Shown: one piece after another, positions 30,559 to 39,649 of the stretch
Layout of the letters: each line of letters begins with the position of its first letter
Numbering within the stretch: the stretch's first letter is position 1
NCBI GenBank assembly: GCA_024653945.1
Contig: JANLIT010000001.1
Location: 20,641-84,640, forward strand
Source of the DNA: Candidatus Campbellbacteria bacterium
Lineage (GTDB): Bacteria > Patescibacteriota > Minisyncoccia > Phycocordibacterales > EsbW-18
Length of the DNA stretch: 64,000 bases
Direction: 5' to 3'
Notes under the pieces: model-generated
Databases searched by the model: none
What the model saw: the letters and a program-made list of their open reading frames with translations, nothing else
Told to the model about the DNA's origin: nothing
Position numbers and translations under genes: made by a program

Positions 30559-30592
30559 TGTCACTCTTTCGGGGGTGACATTTTATTTTTTT
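30559..30592 (+). terminator. intrinsic terminator
   Basis: tgtcactct-ttcg-ggggtgaca followed by ttttatttttt. Confidence 0.85.
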
Positions 30593-30595
30593 ACA

Positions 30596-31156
30596 TTACT
30601 TTTCTCGCCGAAAACAATCAACGGAGTGGTCATTCACCATTCCCGTTGCCTGCATGTGTGCATACACCGTTGTTGAGCCAAGAAACTTAAATCCACGTTT
30701 TTTTAAGTCCAATGCAAGCGCATCCGATTCTTTTATTGTTGGTTTGTAGTCCTTGAGTGTTTTTATTTTGTGTTGGATTGGTTTTCCGCCAACAAAACTC
30801 CATATATATTTTGAAAACGTGCCAAATTCTTTCTGTACTTCAAGAAAACGCCGTGCATTGTTAATTGCCGCTTCAATTTTTGCACGGTTGCGAATGATGC
30901 CCTCATTTGTAAGAAGCTGACGTACTTCCCTTTTTCCAAAAAGTGCTACTCTCGAGGGATTAAACTGCGAAAATGCTTTTCTATAGTTTTCTCTTTTGCG
31001 CAACACCGTGAGCCACGAAAGACCGGCTTGTGCACTTTCAAGCACGAGAAATTCAAAAATCTTTTTGTCGTCATATACAGGAACACCCCACTCTTCGTCG
31101 TGGTACTTCTCATAGAGTTCGTCACCAATTTTGATCCACGGACAACGTTTTTTCAT
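30596..31156 (-). CDS. tag: DNA-3-methyladenine glycosylase I
   Basis: RCPW, YHDEEWG, LESAQAGLSW, GMVNDH..C. Confidence 0.96.
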   Translation of the reverse strand: MKKRCPWIKIGDELYEKYHDEEWGVPVYDDKKIFEFLVLESAQAGLSWLTVLRKRENYRKAFSQFNPSRVALFGKREVRQLLTNEGIIRNRAKIEAAINNARRFLEVQKEFGTFSKYIWSFVGGKPIQHKIKTLKDYKPTIKESDALALDLKKRGFKFLGSTTVYAHMQATGMVNDHSVDCFRREK

Positions 31157-31308
31157 ACACACATTCTACCACTGTAAAAAGAGCCCTAATATAATATAAA
31201 AAAGAAAAGATGCCCGACACCATTTTTCATTTTTACTGGCGTTTTAATATATTAGATTGACTCTTCTCGTGCCTCGATAATTTATCTTAATTAATTTTAG
31301 AGTTGTAA

Positions 31309-32535
31309 TTATTTAATATTTTTAATTATAGATTTGAATTCAGGCTTATTCTTATAAAAAGTGAAAATTTCCCATTCGTCTATTTCTTTTTTTCCTACGG
31401 TTTTTGCCTTGATTAATTTACTTAAATATTTATAAAAATCTTTGTGTTTTTCCAATAAAGCAAATTTACACATCTCAAAATCATCTCTAGTTAAGCTCCA
31501 ATCTTCTAACAGTAAAACTTTTTCTATATCTTCCAATTTTTTCCCTTGTTTTTTTAATCCAATACAGTAGTTAATAGCTATGTATTTTTTCTCAGAAGCA
31601 TCTATTTTGAGATTTGAAATAAAATTATATATGGATTTTGTATAATTATATTGTTCATGTTTGACTAAATAATGTAATGGATTGGTTAATAAAAAATTTT
31701 TATTTTTTATTTCTTCAGAAAAGTTAAGTTGAGCTTCTTGAATGATATAAGTTCCTATAAAATACAATAAGTAAAGTGAATCGGTAAGATATTTGTCTGT
31801 TATAGTTATAGTTTTGTTTGAATTATTTTTTTCGTCTCCATATCTTTTAATATACTCTCGATCCTTTTTTCCTTCATTGTGAACAATAAGATTTCTTATT
31901 TTAATTAATTTTTTTAAATCTTCCAAATTTTTACTAATTGGATCTAAATTAAGAGCCATGTCCTTTTTTAAAACTTTTAGTTTTCGATCTAATCCTTTTT
32001 CAATCAAAAGAGCTTCAATTTCTCTGTCAATTAGAAATTTTTGGGCCTCTGCTATGTTTTCTATATTTTCTAGCTCTTTATAGTTGATTGACTGATTTTC
32101 TAATGATAATTTCTTGTAATTCTTTTTATAATAAAAACTAAATAATTTCGAAAGTAAAATATCTAAAGTTGAAACCATAGACACTATAGTATTTTGTGCA
32201 AATAAATGTCCTTGTAATGGTTGTGTCTTTAAAACATCAACAAGTATCTCAGAAACATTACTTAATTCTTTTTTTGAAAATTTAAGTTTTAACTTACCTT
32301 TGGCATGATTTTTATTTTCCTTGGCTTTTTTCTTTAATACTTCCAAAAAGGGTTTAAGCTTTTTATTGTCATATTCTTGCGCATGTTTCCCAATTTCTCT
32401 AATTGATATTTCTTGAAGAAAAATATTGTTTTCAAAAACATTCTGCATATGTCTAAAAGAATCAATGTTCGTATTTGCCTCCCCTTTGATTAACTTTGTT
32501 TGTTGTTTTATTTTTGGTATCTTTTTAGTCTTCAT
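31309..32535 (-). CDS. low-GC protein with HEPN-like RxxxxH motif
   Basis: IRNLIVHNEG; extremely AT-rich codon usage compared with the flanks. Confidence 0.65.
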   Translation of the reverse strand: MKTKKIPKIKQQTKLIKGEANTNIDSFRHMQNVFENNIFLQEISIREIGKHAQEYDNKKLKPFLEVLKKKAKENKNHAKGKLKLKFSKKELSNVSEILVDVLKTQPLQGHLFAQNTIVSMVSTLDILLSKLFSFYYKKNYKKLSLENQSINYKELENIENIAEAQKFLIDREIEALLIEKGLDRKLKVLKKDMALNLDPISKNLEDLKKLIKIRNLIVHNEGKKDREYIKRYGDEKNNSNKTITITDKYLTDSLYLLYFIGTYIIQEAQLNFSEEIKNKNFLLTNPLHYLVKHEQYNYTKSIYNFISNLKIDASEKKYIAINYCIGLKKQGKKLEDIEKVLLLEDWSLTRDDFEMCKFALLEKHKDFYKYLSKLIKAKTVGKKEIDEWEIFTFYKNKPEFKSIIKNIK

Positions 32536-32737
32536 ATTTATATGATATATCTTAAGAAATAGGGTCAGGCACCTTTTAATATCCCCACCATACACCCGAA
32601 AAACGAAAAGACAATGTGCACGAACAGTGGCAAGATTAAACCTCGCTCACGTAAAACCAAAAAGCCAAGTAAAAGAAAAGCCGCGTCCCGGGAGTTGTAT
32701 CCGGAAACGCGGTCTCAAAAAAGTGGTCAAACAGAGT

Positions 32738-33232
32738 CTAGAACGGCAACTCATCCTCCAACTCATCGAGAAGGATTGGCACCAGTGAATTACTGCTTAC
32801 TTCGGCAATCGCTTGAACACCACCTTCCTCGAGTAGACCACTCCCGATGGCGATGGTTAGCACGATTACCTCATCACCGTGTTCAGGGAACCCAGAGAAT
32901 GCAATGACAAGATTGCCGGCTCTGATACCACCGCCGTAGTGCTTCGGCTCAGTGTTGAGGTCGCGGCTCTGCCAAGCACTCACGTGGCCACGATTCTCCA
33001 GGAGTCGCTTGCCCTTGTCGAGAGCATTGGCGAGACACCGGCCCCGCCGAGCAACGTCATTCATGTTGCCCACCAGAGCAGAAAGTACTGGTGATGCGTC
33101 CGGACCGGCGTCGTTATCAAAAACGCACAGATAACCGCCAAGATTCCCGTCCTCAACCATCTGGGAAAGAGTCCTGGAACCAAGCGCCCTTTCAGCGAGC
33201 CGGAGAATTTTACCCAAATTTGGATATATCAC
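32738..33232 (-). CDS. GlcG/HbpS-like fold hypothetical protein
   Basis: YGGGIR...AFSGFPEHGDE; SD AGGAGAG; terminator at ~32680-32712. Confidence 0.55.
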   Translation of the reverse strand: MIYPNLGKILRLAERALGSRTLSQMVEDGNLGGYLCVFDNDAGPDASPVLSALVGNMNDVARRGRCLANALDKGKRLLENRGHVSAWQSRDLNTEPKHYGGGIRAGNLVIAFSGFPEHGDEVIVLTIAIGSGLLEEGGVQAIAEVSSNSLVPILLDELEDELPF

Positions 33233-33475
33233 GTAGACCTCTCCTTCTTCGGTTTAATCCTAGGAACCGCCTAGTACGGGTTCACACCTGCCGTGAGTAT
33301 ACTCACAAGGACAAATTTGTAAAGAAAAGAATCATGTGACCCTATCGGGATTCGCCTCTCGCCGTACTCGGCTCGAAACCTTCGGCGTCTCTTCGACGCC
33401 TGCGGCCCGCGGTTCGAATCCCTGGACTCACAAAAGAAAATACCCCAGATGAACTGAGATATTTTCTTTCGCGTG

Positions 33476-33550
33476 TGACCTCATCGGGATTCGAACCCGA
33501 GTTTACACCTTGAGAAGGTGACGTCCTGGACCAGGCTAGACGATGAGGCC
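33476..33550 (-). tRNA. tRNA-Glu(CTC), CCA not encoded
   Basis: GGCCTCATCGTCTAGCCTGGTCCAGGACGTCACCTTCTCAAGGTGTAAACTCGGGTTCGAATCCCGATGAGGTCA folds as a cloverleaf. Confidence 0.95.
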
Positions 33551-33675
33551 GTGTTGCACAGGATAACGAAAATAAGAACATCAGGCAAGGAATATTCTTT
33601 TTGATTGACTAAAAAAAGTCTATGTATAGTATACCTATAGACACGTTCACAAAGTGCAACCAAGGGGGAGTCCAA

Positions 33676-33942
33676 ATGAACAGTCTCACCGCTCTGATGT
33701 TTGTGGTGTACTTCGGCTTCATCCTTGCCGTAGTGAACATCAAACCACTCTCAGATGCACTCATCGGCACCAACCAGGATACGGGAGAAAGTCATCCTGT
33801 GGCACTCCGGATCATCGGAGGCGCCGTCTACTTCCCGATCTGTAGCGTCGTGCTGTTCTGTCTGGGATGGTTGATGCTGAAGTTGGGGGGATTCATGCTT
33901 CTCCCCTTCCAGTACCTGTACAACCTACTCCCTACGACGTAG
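33676..33942 (+). CDS. small membrane protein
   Basis: SD GGGGGAG; two hydrophobic segments. Confidence 0.65.
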   Translation: MNSLTALMFVVYFGFILAVVNIKPLSDALIGTNQDTGESHPVALRIIGGAVYFPICSVVLFCLGWLMLKLGGFMLLPFQYLYNLLPTT

Positions 33943-34090
33943 ACATCGCGAAGTTCTTGGGAGGCGGCAACCGAGCATGGTTGCCGCTTTTCTATTACAT
34001 TGATTTTGTTAGAGTTTTAAACTCTAACAGGATTGACAACTTCTGTTTCAGGTAGAGAATGGGTCTAGAAACAAAAGGAGGAGGTACCCA

Positions 34091-34303
34091 ATGCTTCCAA
34101 TGAAATTTCCTGTAGGAACGGTAGTTGAAGCAGTTCTCCATCACAGTATGGGTGATGTTGGCGTTGTAGTGAGTGCTGTAGAAAAAACATCACCTGGCTA
34201 CAAGAATGGTGAGCTCTTTCTCCAGTACACATTCAAACTCTTGGGCGACAACGGCACACGCGAAATGCCTGAGTTCTGGCTCAAGCAGTGCGAGAGAAAG
34301 TAA
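34091..34303 (+). CDS. small hypothetical protein (possible SH3-like beta barrel)
   Basis: Strong SD AAGGAGGAGG; hairpin directly after the stop. Confidence 0.65.
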   Translation: MLPMKFPVGTVVEAVLHHSMGDVGVVVSAVEKTSPGYKNGELFLQYTFKLLGDNGTREMPEFWLKQCERK

Positions 34304-34350
34304 GGCCCGACACGATGGTTTGTGCCGGGTTTCTGTTTTTATCTTTCTGT

Positions 34351-34573
34351 CCACCTACAACCTGTTCGCGTAAGCGCTCACAACGGTTGTTGCTCGCCAA
34401 ATGGCGAGCACCAGATTAAAAGATAAGCAGTTATCTTTTAATCCACCTCCTTTCGGTCGGATATAAATCTCCACAGGAGATCTATATCCACCTACGGTCT
34501 ACTTCGCCTTGCTCAGTAACGACCGTTGCACTTCGTGCACCGGAGCAAACGCTAAGCAGTTAGCGTTTGCTCC
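34351..34573. repeat. array of stem-loops containing two covarying structured units
   Basis: Units beginning CCACCTAC at 34351 and 34488 share TTCGC/GCTCA, GTTGC/GCACC and TAAGCAGTTA but have different stem sequences. Confidence 0.75.
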
Positions 34574-35843
34574 ATTCTGTCCCCTGTCGTACTAAAAGTG
34601 AATCTGCTTGCTCTGGGTGTGCAAGAAGTTCTTTGGTAACGTGTTCAACGCGCACCGATTGAGAACCTTTGAGTAATACAACATCACCCTCTTTTAAAAT
34701 ACTTTTTACAAAAAGCCCCGCCTCTTGAGAAGCATCAAAACTTTCAACTCGCATCACACCAGTATCTTTTGCACTTTGTACCGCACCTCGCATGCGACTA
34801 CCGACCGTCACCAACACATCAATACCCGAACACCACGTCCCAACATCCGCATGCGCACTTTCTGAAAATTTTCCAAGTTCCATCATGTCTCCCAAGACAG
34901 CGATTTTTCGTTTTCCTTTAATATCCTGCAGTGTTTTGAGAGCACTCTCTACGGCAACAGGAGATGCGTTGTACGTATCATCTATCAAGGTTGCATTGTG
35001 AAGCCCTTTGAGAAGACGCATGCGCCCCGGGGGAAGCACCACAGTACGTAAGGCATCCGTTACACCTACCAAGTTGAGTCCTTGAGAAAGTCCAAAAGCA
35101 CATGCAGCAAGACATGGATACATGAGATGTTGCCCCACAACACCACGTAGTTCAAAGGGAACGATGTTGCCCCCATGAATTATTTTAAATGCGCATCCTG
35201 TTGGTGCTCCTGTATCGTCATACACAACAGAATAGAAATCGCCCCGAACATCTGCGTTGTCATTGCGCCCGTAGGTGAGTGTTTTGTGTGTTGAAGCATC
35301 TTTCAAACCTAGCACCTGTTCGTCATCATAGGAGAGGACGAGTGTTCCTTTTTGGCACAGACCATCAATAATCTTCTTTTTTTCCTCAAACACTTCCTGC
35401 GGAGAAGAAAAAAATTCAACGTGTACGGGAGTAACGCCCACATGCGTGATAATCGCACTATCAAGGCGTACCCACGATACTGAACGCTTCATATCCCCTG
35501 GGTGATCTACCCCCATTTCAAGAACAAGCCACTTTGGATATGGTTTTGAAAAAATAATAAGACCTATACCATGAAAAAAAACCTGTAGCCACCCCGAAGC
35601 ACTCCCCCACGCAGTTTCGCATCCAAGTACCGTCAGAGGAATACCGAGTTCCGAGTTATAACTTTTTTCACTTGCGCGCACTGAACCAAAAAGTGTAGCA
35701 ACACTGGCAACAGCATCTTTGGTTGAGGTTTTACCAACACTTCCTGTGATACCAACGATGTACGGCGCATACTTCGCCAAAATAATTCGCGCCTCAAGTG
35801 TGAGGAGGATAACAACTATTTTTTTAAAAAAAGATTTAATCAT
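34560..35843 (-). CDS. murF: UDP-N-acetylmuramoyl-tripeptide--D-Ala-D-Ala ligase
   Basis: GITGSVGKTSTK, DDTYNASP, LGDMMELG, LLKGS. Confidence 0.95.
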   Translation of the reverse strand: MIKSFFKKIVVILLTLEARIILAKYAPYIVGITGSVGKTSTKDAVASVATLFGSVRASEKSYNSELGIPLTVLGCETAWGSASGWLQVFFHGIGLIIFSKPYPKWLVLEMGVDHPGDMKRSVSWVRLDSAIITHVGVTPVHVEFFSSPQEVFEEKKKIIDGLCQKGTLVLSYDDEQVLGLKDASTHKTLTYGRNDNADVRGDFYSVVYDDTGAPTGCAFKIIHGGNIVPFELRGVVGQHLMYPCLAACAFGLSQGLNLVGVTDALRTVVLPPGRMRLLKGLHNATLIDDTYNASPVAVESALKTLQDIKGKRKIAVLGDMMELGKFSESAHADVGTWCSGIDVLVTVGSRMRGAVQSAKDTGVMRVESFDASQEAGLFVKSILKEGDVVLLKGSQSVRVEHVTKELLAHPEQADSLLVRQGTEWSKR

Positions 35844-35847
35844 GTTT

Positions 35848-37584
35848 CTAGAGCTGTTGTCGGTCGGGTGGAATTTGATAGTAGTTTATGAGGAAATCAA
35901 CAGTATCCATGAATGGCAGAGTAAATGTTTGCGAAGCAAATGTAGTACCGTGCGGTTCTTCGGCAAAGAAGAACACGAGAAACCTCGGCTGGTATGCGGG
36001 AAAGTATCCGAAGAACGAGTGAAGGAATCTATCGTCATAGTAGCCACTACCACCCTTTTTTGCAATTTGAGCCGTTCCTGTCTTTGCAGCTATTGCATAG
36101 GTGTCTTTTTTGACTGTTCCGCCGAGTAAGTATGTATCAACAACCTCTACAAGCATTCGTGTGATTGTTTCACTTGTTTTTGGTTGTATAACTTGTTTCT
36201 CTTCTGGGTGTGTGGTCATTTTTGAAAAACCGAGATCATAGACAATCTCCTGAACCACGTGCGGAGAAATAAGTTTTCCTCCATTTGCGAGTGCAGAGAG
36301 CGCTCGTACCATAGCAATTGGTGTCACCGCAATTCCTTGTCCAAATCCTGCGGTAATGTGTTCTATATCACGAGATGTATCAAGCGGTTTTAAATTACCC
36401 GGAACTTCTCCAGGAAGATCAATTCCTGTTTCTATTCCTAAACCAAAATTGTTCATGTACTGCGTAAAGCGTTTGTTCCCCAATCGTGAAACGACATACG
36501 CCATACCAGTGTTGAGTGAATTACCAAGCACTTTTTGCATACTTGTGTTTGGCCCCCGACCTTTGAGGTCATAGTTCCAAATTGTGTATCCGTTTGCCTC
36601 CACAAATCCCTTATCGGTGTACGTTGTGTCTGGCGTTACCACACCAGCATCCAAACCTGCTGCCATGGTGATTGGTTTCATAATAGAACCCATTTCAAAT
36701 GTCCCTTCTACAATAGGATTTCCAAATACCATTGGATCTGTAACACCTGAAAAATCATTCGGATTAAACGTCGGCAAAATCGCAAGTGCATAGATAGCTC
36801 CTGTTACTGGATCAATGATGATTCCACCGAGCGTCTTTGGGGTAAGCTCTTTGTCTACTTTTACAAGAACATCTTCAAGAAACCCCTGCACATTAGGTTC
36901 AATCGTCGTAACCACATCACCTTCCCCTTCTTCGTTTTGCGTACGGGCAACATCTTGTACGGTGGAAAAAATTTCAACAAAAATATTTTTGTACAACTTT
37001 TTGTCGTTTCTCTGTAACAAACGTTCGTAATATTTTTCCAAACCATATCGTCCTGCAAATTCATCCCCATTAAATCCAACAAACCCGATGGTGTTTGCGG
37101 CACGTTCTTCACCTGGGTACAAACGCCATCGTTCTTTTTCAAGAGTTACTCCATCAATATCAAGTGCAAGTAGCACGTCGGCGGTTTTTTGGTCAAGACG
37201 ATGTGCGACAACCGCGTAGGTATCATCTGTTTTATCTGCGTATGACAAAAAGGTACCTTCATCTATATCAACAAGAGTGCTTATTTTTGTGTATGCATCT
37301 TCTGCATCTGTTATTTGTGATGGATTGAGCGTCAAAGCAAAACCAGAGCCAAGTGTTGCGGCAGAAACACGTTGACCATTTTTATCCTGAAAAAAGATTG
37401 ACCCTCTATTAAAAAGCCCGCCGCTCGGGCGTGTATATTGATGATTTGCCTCTTCCAAAAACTCATCTCCGTGTACCACCTGCACAAGATACAACTTAGT
37501 GGTAAGACCAAGCGCAAGAAAAAAAAATATAACAAAGAGAACCCGCCCTCGTTTGCGTAAAATATCACTAGTATGCGCGGTCAT
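35848..37584 (-). CDS. ftsI: class B penicillin-binding protein (FtsI)
   Basis: GSIMK (SxxK), SLN, KTGTAQ; dcw cluster context. Confidence 0.9.
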   Translation of the reverse strand: MTAHTSDILRKRGRVLFVIFFFLALGLTTKLYLVQVVHGDEFLEEANHQYTRPSGGLFNRGSIFFQDKNGQRVSAATLGSGFALTLNPSQITDAEDAYTKISTLVDIDEGTFLSYADKTDDTYAVVAHRLDQKTADVLLALDIDGVTLEKERWRLYPGEERAANTIGFVGFNGDEFAGRYGLEKYYERLLQRNDKKLYKNIFVEIFSTVQDVARTQNEEGEGDVVTTIEPNVQGFLEDVLVKVDKELTPKTLGGIIIDPVTGAIYALAILPTFNPNDFSGVTDPMVFGNPIVEGTFEMGSIMKPITMAAGLDAGVVTPDTTYTDKGFVEANGYTIWNYDLKGRGPNTSMQKVLGNSLNTGMAYVVSRLGNKRFTQYMNNFGLGIETGIDLPGEVPGNLKPLDTSRDIEHITAGFGQGIAVTPIAMVRALSALANGGKLISPHVVQEIVYDLGFSKMTTHPEEKQVIQPKTSETITRMLVEVVDTYLLGGTVKKDTYAIAAKTGTAQIAKKGGSGYYDDRFLHSFFGYFPAYQPRFLVFFFAEEPHGTTFASQTFTLPFMDTVDFLINYYQIPPDRQQL

Positions 37585-37885
37585 GCAAGGTTAGGGTTTG
37601 GGCTTGTCGGGAAACAAAGAAAGAAACATCTGTATCTATAAAGCCACGCAGGTGCGCTTCATCTAACGTCAACAGACCCATTCGACGCATATAATCACTT
37701 TCAAGCGTACTCACAGAAGCTGATACATCCACCATATTCTGTTCAAGAGTTTCTTGAGCAACAATTCGCGCATAGGTTTGAAATTCTAATACGCCATACA
37801 TTGCAATCATACCAACGAGTATCAGACATAACCCAGCGATGGTTTTTTTGTAGAACGTATTGAGTTGGAAGAGATCGCGGACCAT
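37568..37885 (-). CDS. FtsL-like cell division protein
   Basis: TM helix plus coiled coil, located between rsmH and ftsI. Confidence 0.6.
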   Translation of the reverse strand: MVRDLFQLNTFYKKTIAGLCLILVGMIAMYGVLEFQTYARIVAQETLEQNMVDVSASVSTLESDYMRRMGLLTLDEAHLRGFIDTDVSFFVSRQAQTLTLHDRAY

Positions 37886-38017
37886 ATATGTGGGTAGAAA
37901 GTAGTAGGTAGTAAGTAGTAGGTAGAATGTTGGGAGTTGGGGGTTGGTAGATAGTAGTTGGTATGTGGGGAGTGGGTGTATGAGTTTGTTTCGTATTTCG
38001 AGATTCGAATTTCGTGC

Positions 38018-38899
38018 TTATTTCTCTAGTATTCTTAACTTTGCGCTGCGTGATCGTGGATTTCGTCGTACTTCGTCAAAATCTGGAGGAATGGGCTTCT
38101 TGGTTATTCGGGTACTTCCCTCTTTTTCTTTTTCTTTAAAAAACTCCTTTACCTTTCTGTCCTCTAAACTATGAAAACTGACAACTGCCATTCGCCCTCC
38201 TTTCTTTAAAACTGTGTACCCTTTCGCAAGACCCCCATCGAGTGCTCCGAGCTCATCGTTTACCGCAATTCGTAGTGCTTGAAATGTCTTTGTTGCTGGA
38301 TGAATAGGTCCTCCTTTGTATCCCAAGGCTTCCGTGATGATCTCAACCAATTGTGTTGTTGTCTCAATCGAACTCTTTCGTCGTGCCTCAACAATTGCTT
38401 TTGCAATTTTCTTAGCATTTCGTTCTTCGGCGTACCCAATGAGCACATTTGCAATCTCGTCTTCTTTCCAAGAGTTCACAATATCTTTCGCGGTGAAGTG
38501 TGATGAGTCCTGTTTTTCTTGAAACGTCATAAGAAGCGGTTCGTCGCGCATAAAACTGAATCCTCGTCCTGACTCTTCAAGCTGAAGCGAACTGAGTCCG
38601 ATATCAAATGCGATACCATCAACTTCAGAAATACCCAGTGTGGCAAGTGCTTCATCCACATCACGAAAGTTTGCGTGAACTAAGTGAAGTGTGCAGGCAA
38701 CATCGGCGAGTGTTTCTTTTGCCGCCCTCAGCGCTCCCTCATCTTGGTCCAATCCGATAACGACACCTTTTGGACCAACTACATCACACAGTGCTTTTGT
38801 GTATCCAGCGCCACCAACGGTTGCATCGACAACGGTCGCACCTTTACTCAAGGCCAATCCTTCAATCACGTGTTGTAAAAGAACAGGAACGTGGGTCAT
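38018..38899 (-). CDS. rsmH: 16S rRNA m4C1402 methyltransferase
   Basis: HVPVLL, RGFSF, HPATKTFQALRIAVNDEL, NPRSRSAKLR. Confidence 0.97.
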   Translation of the reverse strand: MTHVPVLLQHVIEGLALSKGATVVDATVGGAGYTKALCDVVGPKGVVIGLDQDEGALRAAKETLADVACTLHLVHANFRDVDEALATLGISEVDGIAFDIGLSSLQLEESGRGFSFMRDEPLLMTFQEKQDSSHFTAKDIVNSWKEDEIANVLIGYAEERNAKKIAKAIVEARRKSSIETTTQLVEIITEALGYKGGPIHPATKTFQALRIAVNDELGALDGGLAKGYTVLKKGGRMAVVSFHSLEDRKVKEFFKEKEKEGSTRITKKPIPPDFDEVRRNPRSRSAKLRILEK

Positions 38900-38983
38900 A
38901 GTTTCTCTAGCTTCGTTAGCCGTGCTAGCTTCATTAGCTTTGGAATCTCAAGCTAGCGAAGCTAATATAGCTAGTGAAGCTCA

Positions 38984-39418
38984 TCATAGAGCTCCTATAC
39001 CACCGAGATGTTCAGCAAGCATATCTGCTTCCTTCTCGATGCGGTGCTTGTATGCATCCCACGCTTTCTCATTCCAAATCTCCGCTCGTGTCTGCACACC
39101 CGTTACCACGACCTTATTTTTCAAATCAGCGAAGTCCTTTAAAAAGTCGGGGATGAGCATGCGACCAGCACCATCAACATCAACCTCCACCGCACCAGAG
39201 AGCATGAATCGTGTGAACCCTCGCATACTTGCTTGACCCATACCAAGTTCACCAAGCCGTCCAGAAATGTTTTGCCACTCTTTGTGTGAATAAATAAATA
39301 AACATCCTTCCAACCCTCTCGTAATCACTAATTTTTTTCCAAGCTCCTGACGAAATTTCACCGGAAGCGAAAGTCGCTTCTTGTCGTCCAGTGTGTGAAT
39401 GTATTCGCCGATTAACAT
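38984..39418 (-). CDS. mraZ: division/cell wall cluster regulator MraZ
   Basis: GEYIHTLDDKKRLSLP; DGAGRMLIP. Confidence 0.97.
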   Translation of the reverse strand: MLIGEYIHTLDDKKRLSLPVKFRQELGKKLVITRGLEGCLFIYSHKEWQNISGRLGELGMGQASMRGFTRFMLSGAVEVDVDGAGRMLIPDFLKDFADLKNKVVVTGVQTRAEIWNEKAWDAYKHRIEKEADMLAEHLGGIGAL

Positions 39419-39517
39419 GGATTAGCTTATTAACTTGTAGCTTGTAAGAGGTTGGGGGGAAAAATAATTTGGAATTGGGAAAGACGAGACATTGGGGAAA
39501 CTCGATTATTTCGAGCT

Positions 39518-39585
39518 TCCCACTTTGTCCCACATGATTAGTATTGTATGCCATCCTTTCCCACATGCAAACATAGTTATCCACT
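39518..39585 (-). promoter_or_regulatory. mraZ promoter with GTGGGA direct repeats (MraZ boxes) and DnaA-like box
   Basis: Minus strand GTGGATAA..TTGCAT-N16-TACAAT..GTGGGAcaaaGTGGGA. Confidence 0.6.
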
Positions 39586-39649
39586 TTTGTAGACGCGAAA
39601 AAGGGGCGTCCGGAGCTGATTGCTCTCTGGACGCCCCCTGCGTTGAAAC

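Noticed and set aside
34351-34573. Hammerhead ribozyme or CRISPR mini-array
   Set aside because: No CUGAUGA/GAAA core in the right geometry, and the repeats are conserved in structure rather than being identical direct repeats with spacers.
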